In this document: positions 36,501 to 50,094 of the stretch, in pieces
How positions within the stretch are numbered: position 1 is the first letter of the stretch
How the letters are laid out: each line of letters starts with the position of its first letter
NCBI GenBank assembly: GCA_976551045.1
Contig: CDPCPM010000011.1
Span: forward strand, 9,858,001 to 9,922,000
Direction of reading: 5' to 3'
DNA from: Glaucostegus cemiculus
Lineage: Eukaryota
Length of the DNA: 64,000 bases
Translations under genes and position numbers: made by a program
Notes under the pieces: generated by a model
The model's input: only the letters and a program-made list of their open reading frames with translations
Database searches by the model: none
What the model was told of the DNA's origin: nothing

Positions 36501-39338
36501 TTTTCTTTGTTTGCTGACAGTCTTCTAGAGATCAATGTTTACAGGACATCCTGCAGGATGGTTTAAAGAAATACGATGGATTTTTCAGATGTAATGATAG
36601 CAGAACTGTCAATCTAGCCATTACATCATGAAACGGATGGCAGCGCATGGTGAATGAACATGCAGTTAAATGTACAGATTCTGAAGTTACTCTCAGTGAT
36701 TTCCTGTTGTGAAACTGCACCTCTTAACAGAGTGCATGGTTTCCCAGCTTTCTGCAATGCATTCAAAGGAGATAGGTGATCTGTCAAGACTTGAGGAATT
36801 TGCAAGATATTCTTCCTGTCAGAAAGTATTATGCCTTATTGCTTCAGGAATATGTAGGTTATGTTGTACTAAACCCAGATTACTGTTTAGGAAAACCTTT
36901 GCTTCTAAAATATTAAACTGATTCATCTAGATTGTCATCTGCTCAGATATTTTAAATTTAGCAACTGCCACCTTATTTTATCTGTATTCCCATCTTTGTG
37001 CTCTGTAAAATGTTTAAGGTTGCGCGTAACGATTAGGTTATTTGCTGCTTGTACGTTACCCATGAGAATTCTGTGATTGGCTTATGATTGGATGACATCA
37101 CAGCTGCAGGATGCCATGGATCCTATTGAATTGATGGTGGAAAGGGGATATGACAAGGCATTTGTAGGGTCCTTTCATTGAACCTAGCAGAAAGTAACAT
37201 CACTTAACAACTCAATACACAACCCAGGCCAGGTTACTGCCGTTATAATTTCTAATCACTAGGCAGTTAGCGGGAAGAATTACTTTGAACATTTTCATAA
37301 TAAAGTCAGGCTAGAACTGAGGAACTATTTCCTGGCACAGATCAATGAGGTGGATGATATAAGAGGATCTGAAATGGAGAGAAAATGAGATTGAGGATGT
37401 GGAGAGTATCTAGGTGGGACTGATTTGTCGAAGAAACAAAGTAAGCTTTCGTGTCATGACCTCTTCCCTGTTCCTCCATTTTTCTTTTAAGTCTTTTAAC
37501 ATCAACATCTGTGCTGCAATTTTAGCCAATGTGGAATGAAATGGAGGAAAAAGGTGAATAAATGTAAATGTGAAATTTAAACTTAAAAGATTGAAAAGTC
37601 TGGTTCAATAAAACTTCATTAATCCCTCTGGAGAATTGAATGAGATGAAGATTTTGTAACCAATTGCATATCAGTTCAGTTCAGTAAAAATGTTTGTGTT
37701 TTCTGGGGCCCAGAATGGTTTCCCTTTGCTTCAAGGGAGTCATCAAAATGTCAGAAAATAAGTAGAATTTTATACATAGATCTTAAACTGGATAGTGTCT
37801 TCTTGTGTAACAGCTGCACAAAAGGAGATTGTTGCTGCTATGCCATCCATTCAGAAAAAAAAGTTTATTGCATGATGTTTAAGAATGGACCCTTAGTACT
37901 TTCTGTACATTTTCTAAACTTTAAGCTCGTGTTTTGAGTCATTTCCTTCAGAAGCTTGTGTTTGTTACAGATAAGTAGTCTTTTTTGTGTTGGAGTTTTA
38001 AATTTCAACTGAAAAATGAGGGGATTGGGAAATAAAATATACCAGTTATCATTCAACTGTTGAACAAAACTCTGTTCATTTCAGATTCGTTTATTCATTT
38101 GGTGGTGCTAGCCAGAATTTTATCTTTATAAAGCACTCTGTCCATTTGAGAATGTGATTTAACAAGGTGGTGTTTGGTTTAGCTGGTTTTGATAAAACTG
38201 AATATTTTGTTTTGTTCATGAACTGAGGGATTTTGTATTTCATATTGAAATAGGAATTTGAAAAATGATTTATCTGTGGAGTAAAAATAATTGGTATTTG
38301 CCTTCTAATTCTCAAGCTGTCTGCTAAAGAAGTAAGTTGTTTAAACATGAGCCAGCAATAGGCATAAGCTATTGGTTGCTGCCAGGGGCGAATTTCAAAA
38401 CTTAAGTAGAGTTGTGTAACTTTTTTTTACTCTATATGACAACACAAAAGATCCTTTTGGAAGATTAAAAATGTCAGTGTTTTTGAGCAGTTAATTTTAT
38501 ACGTGGACTCTTAAAATCCCACATGGATCAAGTTGCACATGTGATAAGTAACTCTTTGATTGACCCCTCTTAAGTACTTCAAAGTTTGAATTTTTATTGA
38601 CAGCAGGATGTGATGATATTATCCATTGTTCGATCCCAGCACTGCAGTCACAAGCAGAGGAGGATCTGAAGTGCCACTAATGCTTCAAGAGGCCAAATCA
38701 TCCATGTCCTGTTTAAAACCACCCATATCATTTGAGGCAGGTGAAAACCAGGGACCCTTACAATTGGGTCTTGAATGAGTTCCTTCATCTTTCTTGACGG
38801 AATGTGACTCAACTCTCACAGCTCATGACTAATGTCACCATATCAGTGTCTGGAAGTTAAGAAAAGAAAAAATCCCAAAGGAACACTTTCAAAGCTTCTT
38901 ACCTTTTTATTGGGGGGGGGGGAGCGGGGTGGAATCTAGTTATCCATTATTGGATGAAAAATAGATTGGTCGCTTATCCCAAAGTGTTGATCAGTTGTTG
39001 GAGCCCTCTGAGGAACTGGGTACAAAAGCAAACCTATTACTGTTGAAAATAGTTGGAATAATGGATGTCTCCTCCACTGGTATACCATTAGAGATTACAA
39101 ACCAATTTGATTAGCCATGAGATAGCATGAATGTATATCTGACAGGAGATAATATCATAGACATTTTCAGATCAGGAAGCCATATATCTTCATGTCTGTT
39201 CCAACTATCTATTCGAACAATGTAAAGTTAATCTCACTATTCTTCTCTCTTTGCTAGGGTCCATACAATCTGTACTTCATAGAGTTCAGACTGTGATGTT
39301 GGCTTTTTAATAAAGAAACCAAATTGGATTTGAACTCC

Positions 39339-39412
39339 CACATAGGTGAGAAATGCCAAATAGATTAGATCATTTTATCTTCAAAAGCCATTTTATATTT
39401 CTCACCTATGTG
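39339..39412. repeat. Perfect 16-bp inverted repeat with a 42-nt spacer
   Basis: cacataggtgagaaat (39339-39354) / atttctcacctatgtg (39397-39412). Confidence 0.9.
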
Positions 39413-40254
39413 AGGAAAGCTGTTTCATTGGGTGGAGGAATACTTAAAATGGTTCTGTTAGCAGTACTAGGAGCAAAGAGTTGTCTTAACCTCCTGTTCT
39501 GATCCTGGTGATTTTCCAGTTTACTTCACTGGGGGGAAATGTTAAGCGGAGACCAGCTGCCGTCCTATAAAGAGAGAAAATTGAAGGCAGTCTGGTCACT
39601 GAGCTTCTGTTAAATGTCTGTAGTTATCTGGCAGAAGAGTTGTGTTCAAAGATCCTTGAAACCTGGCTTCAGTTTCTTAGCCGCAGTGGTGTATGGCTGG
39701 GTTTGAACTTGGCCCTTGTCCTTGCTTTACTGCTTCTCCTGGCTAAACAGATACTCTTTTTTGTTACTAATTTAATGGTGATGACTGCAGGCTCCTTCTG
39801 AAAGCCTAAGTAATGATTTAACACATGTTGAAGTTCAAATTTGGACCATTCGGCAGTCGTTTTATCCTTGTGAAATTCTTCCTGATGGGATTGAGTAAGA
39901 TTGTTTCCTTCTGGTACTAGAGGTTCTGAGGTAACTCATTGAGGCTGCTGGAGGTTGGCCAGCAAATTCCTGAGTGGATGGATGGGTGGATAATTTGTGA
40001 GGTGATGTGCTCCTTCTGCCATCTATACTGAGCAGTTGTTGATGCACAGACTTGAGGTTCTCTGCATCATCTTCCATGCTCCTTTTCCACTTTGAGAGGT
40101 CATTGGCCTGGGATTCCCAGAAGCTGGTGAAAGTGCTGCACTTTTTCGAGGAGGCTTTAAACAAGCACTTTTTTTTTTCCTCTATCCCTCTATTCCTGTG
40201 ACAAAGCTTGGATGAGTGTATCCACTTTCAAATCTGGTCTTGGACATGCAAACA

Positions 40255-41188
40255 GTGTTGTTTGTGATAAATGATTTGGACAAAATTGTAGCTAGTTTAG
40301 TAAGTTTGCAAATGACACAGAAACTGATGGGGTTGTGGCTAGTGAGGAGGATTGTCAAATGATACAGCAGGATATAGATCAATTCGAAATTTGGGTGGAG
40401 AAATGGCAGGTGGCGTTTAATCCAGAAAAGTGTGAGATGTTGCATTTTGGGAGGTCAAATGTAAGGGGAAAGTGTACAGTGAATGGCAGGACTCTTAAGA
40501 CCACTGATATACAGAAGGATTTTGGGGTGCAAGTCCATAGCTCTCTGAAAGTGGCATATTGGTGATAAGGTGTTTGGAATGCTTGTGTTCATCATTTGAG
40601 GGACTGAATATAAAAAGTAGGGAAGTCACGTTGCAGCTGTATAAAACTTTGGTTAGGCCACATTTGGCATATTGCATGCAGGTATGGTCCCCGCACTATA
40701 AATCGAGGCTTTGGACAGGTGCAGAAGAGATTCACCAGGATGTTGCCGGGATTGTAGTATATTCGCTAGAAGGAGAGGTTTGAAAAACTTGGATTGTTTT
40801 CACTGGGGTGTTGGAGGGTGAGGGGTGACCTGTTACAAGTATCTGAAAACATGAGAGGCAAAGGTAGAGCAGATAGTCTTTCTCCTGGGGTGGGAATATC
40901 AGATACTAGAGGACATAGCTTTAAGGTGAGAGGAGGAAAGTTTAAAGGAGATTTGCAAGGTAAGTTTTTTTTTACAGAGTGGTAGGTGCTTGGAACACGC
41001 TGCCACGGGAGGTGTTGGAAGCAGGTACAATAGTAATGTTTAACAGACATTTAGACAGACACGTGAACAGGCAGGAAAGAGAGGGAGATGGACTATGTGC
41101 AGGCCGATGGGATTAGTTTAGATTGGCATCATTTTAGGTGCAGACATGATGAGCCAAAGGGCCTGTTCCTGTGGTGTACTGTTCTATG
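40255..41188 (+). mobile_element. CR1 RT C-terminal and 3' UTR fragment
   Basis: WQVAFNPEKCEMLHFGRSN, LYKTLVRPHLAYCMQVWSPHY; tail gccaaagggcctgttcctgtggtgtactgttctatg. Confidence 0.9.
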
Positions 41189-42697
41189 GGCTGAACAGTT
41201 GACTGATTGTAATTGGGAACAGCCTCAGTAACAAGGACAAAATTCTAATCTGTGTCCCTGATGAACAGCAAGGATATTCCAAGCATCACACTCCAGTGCC
41301 TGTGAAATGATTTGAAGTGAGTAATTAACAAGCCAAAATAATTTCCTTTGTTATTAACCTCTTGTTCACAAAAGAATTGTCTCTTTAGACAACTTCCTCC
41401 TATGGAGAGGCAAAGACCATGATTCCTTCTAATCCTAGGTTACATTCTACCTCATGAACAATGTGCTATTTTTAAACAGTTGTGTGACCATATTCTTCAT
41501 AGTTCATTTCAAAGTGTAGAGTTTATTCTTCAAACATAAGGACAGGCTTAGCCTTTAATGTCACTCCTGATGCTGCCCTCACAAGGACACTGATTTCAGC
41601 GCTGTTGCACCACTCCCAGCTCATGATACTTCATGAATACTGCATCATATTGTACACTCCAATGAGCTGCAGAACAATGAAGCTTTCAGAGTATCTCCAG
41701 CCAGCAACTTACCTGCAGAGGTTCACCAAAGGGCAGCCAATGTATAAGTCTGAGTGCACTTCTTTCATGAAGAAAAGTGACATGTGTGAATTGTCCAGAA
41801 ATCCTTCAAGGAATAAAATGAGAGCAAAATAGACATCTGCATTCCCATGGGCAAGGATCAGTTTTCCTTTCATCTAGATACACTGCACATGCACTGCACA
41901 TCATCTACCTGACCCACATGGGCATTTATTAGGCTAAAAGCTCATCTGCAGGAAATTGGTACAAATTGTTTCAGTTGAACAACATTGAAATGGGAATTAT
42001 GTGCTATGAAGTTTTAATATCAGACAAGTAAACTGAGCCTCACCCTGTCAGTCCTCCTTCAACCATCCCCCCCCCCCCCCCCACCTCCCCAAACTTCTTT
42101 TGGATTCCAAGTCAAGTCAAGAAACTGTTGCTTCTTAGGGTCGCATTCAGAGGACCTCTTGCCACTCAGCTTCCCAGGTGATCTGGAAAATCTCAGTGGA
42201 AAGGGGAGGCTGCCTCCCAATGGATAGTACTGGGTCATGAAGCTCCCAGCAGTGTGGCAAGGGATCCTCTTCACTAGTGGCTGGTCTGATGATTGATTTC
42301 TTTATGAACTCTTTTGGGTTTCAGTAACTGGATGAACTTCTGCTGGGGGCGAGGATGTGGAAATATGTGGAGGCAGTTATATTCACAACTGCTGGCTAGT
42401 GCCTCAAAATATATGGTTAATAAAATGGCAGTTGTTTATGTTGTTTGATGTGGATGTCATACACCTATCTCATCACACTGACCTTACTCCCGGTTGTGAT
42501 ACAACATCTGAAACAACAGATCCTTCATTCTTTATGCAAGGGAAGTGAAAGACAGAATTTTGATACTTGCCATGATTATCCCTTGATTACCATCACCTGC
42601 ATTAAAAGAAAATCATTTTATCTTACTGTTGTTTGTGGAAACTTTTTCTGTGTAAATCTTTTATATAACAGCAGTAAACCCTTCAAATTTACTTAAA

Positions 42698-43770
42698 GGC
42701 AGAAAATATTAAAGATGCTCAGCTGGTCAGTCTGCATCTGTGGAAAGAGAAACAGAGTTAATATTTCAAGTTGAAGTCTCTTCAACAGAACAGGGAAAAA
42801 GAGTAAACAAGTTTGTGTTAAATTATAGGGAAAGTGAGGGTGGGAGGGATAGGGCAAGGGGGATGTCTCTGATAAAGAGGCCAAGGTTGCCTTGGGGATA
42901 ACCTGCTGATGAAGTTAACTAACTGATGTGTTATTGAGGGCAGTTAGTCAGAGAGAAACTGAGCAAAGAACACAAAAGATTTGGAGGCTGTTAGGCAGTG
43001 AGAACAAAATCAAAAGAATGCAAAAGTTGTGAAATGTAGAGCTGCAGCATGTGTCTGGCAGGTCAGACTGTACCATGGGAGAGTACAACTGAGCCAATAT
43101 CACAGATGGACTGGCCAGTTGTGGTACTGAGAAAACGAGTTACCTAAAGTTGTGGAATTTGATACAAAATCTGGTAGGCTGCAAAGTCCCTAGAAGAATA
43201 ATGAAGTGTTATTTCTCAACCTTATGTTGGGCCCCATTATAATAGTTTAGGGGGCCAAGAAAGGGAGTGGGATGAAGAATTAAAATGGCATATAGTAAGA
43301 AGCTGAGGGTTACCCCTGCAGACTGCTGGAGAGCTCTGCAAAACCATCACCAAATCTGCATTTGGTTTCTCGAGTGTAGAGGAACCCAAATTGTGAGCAC
43401 CAAATGCAATACAGTTGATTAGAAGAAGTGCAAGTGAAACACTGCTTCACCTGGAAGGATGTTTCTGAGATCCTGGATGGTGCAAAGAGAAAAGGTTAGA
43501 GGGCAGGTGGTGTAGTTGTCTGGGGAGTGGTTGGTGGAGATGCAACAGTGGATCAGGGAGCGGTTCATTGAGATTCCACTATCAGACACATAGGAAACTG
43601 CAGGAGATGCAACACCAGTGCTGGTCCCTACTATGGGAAGAAAAGTGGATTCTTCAACTGGGAGGAAGAGGGAGGAAGGATAAGAATGTCATTGTGAATG
43701 AGGGAGGTGAGGAAGACTGTGCTCAGGAAGTGACAGAAGCACGTCACAGGGGAAACAGAAGAAGATGGAG
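42698..43770 (-). mobile_element. Decayed Penelope-like element 3' half with GIY-YIG remnant
   Basis: Minus 43340-43455 translates QVKQCFTCTSSNQLYCIWCSQFGFLYTRETKCRFGDGF. A terminus with a mutated hammerhead lies at 42698-42795. Confidence 0.82.
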
Positions 43771-43984
43771 GATGAATGAATGCCATGTTACTAACAAATA
43801 GAGAACTAAAGTGGTATGTTTAGTGAACCGATATCAACAAATAGTTCTAATTTCTGTACAAGAAACAAGGGAAAGAACTCTTCCTTTTGTGGCTGTTGAA
43901 TTAATAATAACTTTTTTCATACACCTACATTGTAAATCTTAATAAGTTCGTACCCCACAGTACTTACACAATGCAGATTTAAAT

Positions 43985-44640
43985 CTGGTGGTAGACTCAT
44001 CAATTTTTCGTGCCACTTTAGCTTTTCCAGGGCCAATATGTTCAAGCTGAGATGGAGTATCCAGAACTGAATTCCAAATGCAATCTAACCACTACTCTGT
44101 ATCACACCTTCAACCCTTTTGTAATTTAGCCCTCTTGAACTAAATGGCAACTTGCTGTTAGACTTATAAATTATTTTTTCTCCCTGTCCACTAGAATTAG
44201 TAATCCCTGCACTTGGATCCCTAAATCTCATTGCCCATCCACAGCCTCCAGGTTCCCTTGGATCCAAAGTGAATCTGTCAGTCTCTTTGCAACTTTCTGT
44301 TCTCATCTATTTACTGTGGCTCCTAACTTGGGTGTTGTCAGCAAACTTCTATTTACAACCTTTTATTCCTTCAGACAAGTCACATTCTGTCAATTTGAGT
44401 CCATACTCTCTTGCACTTGTTTCCTAACCAATTTCCAATCCAAGACAATAGGCTTCCACCAGTTGTTAATGGTCTCTTATGCATTTGCTTGTTGAATGCC
44501 TTCCAGATGTCTATGAAAATAATGTTATGGACAGTACCTTGTTTGCTTTACATCAAAAAAAGGTGGACATTATTGGACAAGACTTGCCTTCTATACATCC
44601 ATGTTTGGTCTTCAGAATATCTATTTACATGGATGCTCAT
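43985..44640 (-). mobile_element. Old CR1 RT remnant
   Basis: ccagaactgaattccaaatgc, gtgttgtcagcaaac (FAD on the minus strand), gaatgccttcc, caagacttgcc. Confidence 0.55.
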
Positions 44641-44869
44641 TCAAAGAACTTTTTTGTCATGTGAGACTAAAAAAATTGCTGGAAAAAACTCAGCAGGTTG
44701 GGCAGAATCTGTGGAAAGAGAAACCAAGTTAATATTTAAGGTCAAAGACCCCTATATCAGACCCTCTGAGTGTTTTCAGCATTTTCTGTTTTTATTTGAT
44801 TTCCAGTATCTGCGTTTTATTTTTGATTTTCAGTGTTTTATCATCTGTCTGACAAACTATTTTTTAATT

Positions 44870-45132
44870 TTTTTTAAATTTAAATTTTATTTACAGCGTG
44901 GTAATAGGCCCTTTCGGCCCAACGAGTCCACGCCGCCCATTTTAACCCCCCCCCCCCCAAATTAACCTACCCGTACGTCTTCTTACAATGTGGGAGGAAA
45001 CTGGAGCACCCGGAGGAAACCCACGCAGACACGGGAGAACGTACAAACTCCTTACAGTCAGCGACGGGAATCGTACCCCGATCGCTGGCGCTGTAACAGC
45101 GTCGCGCTAACCACTACGCTATCATGCCGCCC
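44870..45132 (-). mobile_element. tRNA-derived V-SINE, same subfamily as 19524-19770
   Basis: The reverse complement aligns along its length with 19524-19770 (about 90% by eye over the head) and retains more CpGs. Confidence 0.92.
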
Positions 45133-46344
45133 TAAGTTTTAGTGCAACAGTTCATTTTTACCACCACATACAAAATTGACCATGCCATTTTTAGATTTAT
45201 TAGTTTGCATTTAAAATAATGTTACCTCATTGAAGCAACAACCATCCATTCTTTTAAATTAATGAGTGGCTTCTCTTTGAATGGCTTGATGCCATTTTTT
45301 TTGTTTGTTAGTATCTCTGGGAAGTGCCTTGGGATATTTTTGCTGAGCTGAAGGTTACATATAGATGTTAGTATTGAAAAATCAGGGGAATATTTTTGCC
45401 ATTGCAGGTAACTTATTATTTATTTTGTAATTAATAATTTGATTTCATTTTGAGTCGGTTTGTCTCTTCCTACCTTCTGTTTTGGATTTCTGAGTGGACT
45501 ACTTATAGAAGTATACTTGGCACAGTTTGATAGGATCTTTGCCACTTCCACTCCCCAGAGGGTTTGTGCAGTGTCAACAGCTTTTTACAATCTGTAATTA
45601 CTTCTGGAGTTACCAGCAACCCGTAAAGCCTTGGAGATTTTTGAGAATTGATGCATGCTTGCAGGAGAGACTGTGTGTGTTTGAGAATGTAAGATTGTGA
45701 TGTGTTCAATTGTTCATCAAATTAGGGAGGCCTATTGGAAGTTTTCATTTTTGCCCTTTATCAAAAATTAAATAATGTTCCAGAAGACTGGGAAAAAATA
45801 CATAACATTAGAACAGAATGCTAATAAAACTATAAAATCTTCCATAACTGTCATCTCAAAATCTCATAAGGGAAATTAAACAAATCAATATTAACTATGA
45901 GCAGCGACATGAATCAATGACGCATTCGTGCTGTAACCCTAGTTTTGATGAAAGACTGATTTGGGTTTACACTGACATTAAATTTGATGCATAACATGTC
46001 AAGACTGTCTGTCTTCTCGTTCTCGTTCTCTCTACAGTTGGAGTGTACCTGGGTATGATAATAACCTGGGTTCTGACAGTTTGGCTTAATGAATATTTGA
46101 CATTGTAAAGTGTAAACCATGTTCATGTCAAGTGGAACATCAGAGAAAAGGGACAGTCACAAAATGAGGACAGAAAAGAACAATTCAAGTTGGAAAAGGC
46201 AGTTTCTCTGACTTGAAGTTCATCACAGATTTCCTTCGATATTAACTCACTAAGGCAAGGATCACTGCGAATGAAGGAGCTGCTCAATATACTCCTCAAT
46301 ATAAGGAATAGAAAATGGTGGATGGACTGATGATGATGGTTAGT

Positions 46345-46818
46345 TAGTGTTCAGCACGTCACCAAACATTCTAACTTCTACAGATACACAGTTGAAAATA
46401 TCCTGACGGGTTGCATTATTATCCGCTACGGCAGTTCAAACGCACAGGAAAGTAAGGAGCTGCAGAGAGTAGTGGACTGAGCCCAATACATCATAGGCAC
46501 ATCCCTCCGCACCATTGGTGACATCTACACCAGGCTCTGCCTCAAGAAGGTAACATCTATCATCAAAGATCCCCACCATCTGGGCTATGCCATCTTCTCA
46601 CAGCTGCCATTTGCACTACAATGGTCTTTGTTTTTTTTTGTTTTAATTGTGTTCTTTCTTGTAAAAATTGTGTATAATTTATGTTTAATTTATGTTTTGC
46701 GTTTGAATATTGTGTATCTGACATTATGGGCCTGTGATGCTGTTGCAAGTAAGTTTTTCAATGTATCTGTGCATACATGTACTTGTACATATGACAATGA
46801 ACTTGACTTTGTCTTTTG
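46345..46818 (+). mobile_element. Rex1/Babar-like LINE 3' fragment
   Basis: aacttctacagatacacagttgaaaatatcctgacgggttgcatt... is homologous to 14986-15395. The 3' end has acaatgaacttgactttgtc short repeats. Confidence 0.8.
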
Positions 46819-48244
46819 AACGCACCTAAAAAGTCACCACCTGTTAATAGAATACCTGGGCTTAAAGGAAAGCTGATTGAGTTATTCTCGAGCCTCTGAG
46901 ACAGCCAAGAATTCAAATTGCTGTGCTTTTGGATACCCCAAAACTGAAAGGGCTCACTGTGTCCCCTAGTAGCTGCTGGATATAGTTGAACGATAGAACA
47001 GAAGGTTACATGACATTAGAGCTAACATTGTGCAAGGAAAAAGAATGATCCTTTGACCTGGTGAGGCCTAATGACACTGGTCCATTGAAAAAAAGAGCAA
47101 ATATGAAAGAGAAACAAACAAATGGCAGTCAACAAGTCTAGAGATCACAGCAGTCATACAGATGGAAAATAATACAGATTATTGAGCAAGGCCATCCACT
47201 TGACAGTGCTTTGTTGCATGGAGGTGTGTGTAACTTCACATAGAAGTTCCAATTGATCCTCAAAACTGATGGGATGGTGGATGGGGAAAGTGTAAGGAAA
47301 ATGAAGTATTGAAAGAAAAAAGAGGAGTGAAGGATAATTTGCTGTGAAGTACAGATTGGTCAGAAGAGAAAAGTGGGTGCAGTGGTGGTTGGTCAGGGTA
47401 ATATAACACCAGATGCAGAGTAGGCGAGGCACTTTGGTTGGAATGAATACGTCCTTACAGAAGACATTTTTGTCTGCAAACATCAAAGGCTTGAGTCAGT
47501 ACAATGAAGGGAAAAAGAACTCGGAATTGAAGCAGCTGAGCGTATCCAGCTCAATGGCCCCAGCTTGCCGAGAATCATTATCCTGAAAATACTTGAGCAG
47601 TCAGGCAAGAGAGAGCTTGGGGATAGAGAAATGTGAAAGGACATTTACCTGTTTTTTGCATTTGCATATCTTTTCCTTTCATCTGCTTCATCTTCAGTGC
47701 TACTGGGTTAATTACTGTTGTGTACTGGTTCCACTTGGAATCTTTCCACATGTTGCAGGTGCTGTTTCCTGAGCAGATGCACACAATTATAATACTGTTG
47801 TTGCTTTGGTCTACTCTTAAGGATATTTTTTATATATAAACCAGGAAAGTTGAAGGCAGTCATGTGAGTCAAGGATTTTATAATTGGTAAACACAGTGAT
47901 GAGTGGAATTTCTGTTATGCAGTTTTGACCTAGGTGGGACAGAAGTAGGTAATATATTACTAAGTGGCATTTTAATAGCTTGGAATAATTACCTTTTATA
48001 GTACAGGCAAATATATTAATTTGCAGGATGTTATGGTTTAATTAATACCAAATTTTAAGTTTGACTTAATTGTTCACCTTTGATTGTTTGCCTTCTCCTG
48101 CAAGCAATGCCACATGAGACATTTGTATTACAACAGATTATATTATCATGTTATTAACTTAGAATTAATTTGCAGTGGCTCTTTTAAATATTGCTTTTCT
48201 TCTTGTCTACAAGGGTTCAGTGAAGTTTCCAACACCAAAAAAAA

Positions 48245-48480
48245 AACAGCGGCAGCATAGTTCTTTGGTATAGTTAAGCCTTCAAGACATTTCACAGAGC
48301 ATTACTGAACAAGCCATGACACTGAGGCATGCACCCAGCTTTCAGGACAAGTGACCAGAAGTGTTGTCAAAGAGGTAGGTTTTAGGGACTGTTAACAAGA
48401 GTAGAGAGATTTAAGGTGGATCCTCCAGAGTTTGGAGCTTAGCACTTGAGGGCATCTCCAGCAAAGAAGAATGAAGAATA
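48245..48480 (-). mobile_element. L2-like LINE 3' end
   Basis: gtcaaagaggtaggttttaggga...gagagatttaagg...ccagagtttggagc. Confidence 0.55.
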
Positions 48481-48649
48481 TTGGTTAAAATCTAAGTATC
48501 TGTTAATTAGGAAAATAATAGTAGAGGAATTTTCTGGATGATAGGATCTAGTATTGCTATACTAATCTATTCAGAGTGGAAACTTCACCATTTGGACTGA
48601 GCAGAGCCTATAAGGACAATTGGCTTAGCAAAAGGAAGAATAGAATACA

Positions 48650-49065
48650 AAGAGAAAATGCTGGAAACACTCAGCAGGTCAGGCAGCATCTGTAGAAAGA
48701 GCAACAGTTCATATTTAAAGTCAAAGATCCTCTGCAACTTTTATATTTCTCCATTTGTGCTTTTACTCACTAACTGCCATCTTTATCCCCTCGACTGGAA
48801 GTCCTTATTTACAGCTTATCTTTTGGCAATCCTGGCCTCGCTTTATAAGAGAGATTCCCTTTGTCCTACTTATTTTCCCACTCCTGCCCACCTTCACCTT
48901 CAACTTAAAACCAACTTATTTTCTCTTGTTCCCAGTTCTGAAGAACGGACTTCAACCTGAAATATTAACTATGTTTATCTTTCCACAGATGCTTCCTGAC
49001 TTTCTGAGTGTTCCTTGCATTTTCTGTTTTTATTTCGGATTTCCAGCATCTGTAGTTTTTGACTT
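48650..49065 (+). mobile_element. Non-autonomous Penelope derivative with inverted termini
   Basis: The left end gctggaaacactcagcaggtcaggcagcatctgt is the reverse complement of the right end acagatgcttcctgactttctgagtgttcc. Confidence 0.75.
48933..48970 (+). ncRNA. Decayed minimal hammerhead motif in a Penelope-derived terminus
   Basis: CAGTT-CTGAAGA-ACGGACTTCAACCT-GAAA-TATT-AACT. Cores are present, stem II is degraded. Confidence 0.45.
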
Positions 49066-50094
49066 TCATTGACGGAAGGATCAAGTGTTGGCTTTATGAC
49101 TTTGCCCCCCATTCAAAACTGATGGCCAGTCAAATCAGTGAACCACACGCACACAGTCAGACCATCATCCCTTCTCTCAGAAATTTTCCCCAAATTTCAG
49201 AATGAAGCCAACAATACAGTATTCTTTCAAACAGTTGGTGTTACTGCTTATTCTTTACATCCCTTTTGTTCTGCTTTGACTCTTTGTTGTTCAGTCACTC
49301 CTGCCTTTCACATGATCACAGGCCCTGCATTTTTTCTTCTTGCCTCTCCTCCTGCCTCCCCCCCCCACCCCATTTTTCCCTGACTCCTGTTTAAAACCTG
49401 TTCCATCAGTAACATTTAAAAGGGAAGGTTTCTCTGGCTCTTTCTGCTGATGTCCCTTGACCTGCTGAGTACTTTTGTTCTGACTGTGCATTTCCAGCAT
49501 CTGCAAGGTTTTATATTTTCACCTTTTTATGGATCTTGCTTGTATTCTTACATAGGAATTTTCACTTCTTCATAATTAATGTCGTGGTACCAAGTATTTA
49601 ATTGAATTTACATTCAAGATGGGATCCTATTAGTATAAGTGACAATGGTGACATATCATTGGATCAAACTGTTGGACGTACCAAACAAAATGGTAAAAAC
49701 AAAATACTGAAGAGACTCAGCAGGGTGGGCAGCATCCTTGCAGGGAGGAGTACCCCTTTCCATTTTGTGTCCTCAAAAGTGCCCACCTTGCCTAATGCAG
49801 GCCATATTGCATCAACCTTTCAGTGATTCACACACCAGTTGCACAGGTTTTGAATTTGGGTTTGAAGCATAGTTCAAGAACACTCCCATTAAAGGATAGG
49901 TAGCATATGTAGCTCTTTAATACTGCAGAAACAGATCATTCCAAATATTTAATGCCATTTATACTAATACCTTTAATTAATTGTACTCTCCATAGTATTT
50001 CATTTGTATCCACTGTTTTCTTTTCCTAGATACTTTGCTAGATCCTTTCCTAGATACTTAATAAAAAGAGAAATAAAGAATTTCAAATGAAATT

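Noticed and set aside
38604-38740. Exon-like segment (ttttattgacAG ... CAG|GTGAAA)
   Set aside because: Stop codons in all three frames.
44411-44965. 184-aa ORF
   Set aside because: Chance read-through across an antisense CR1 remnant, a PLE palindrome and a SINE tail.
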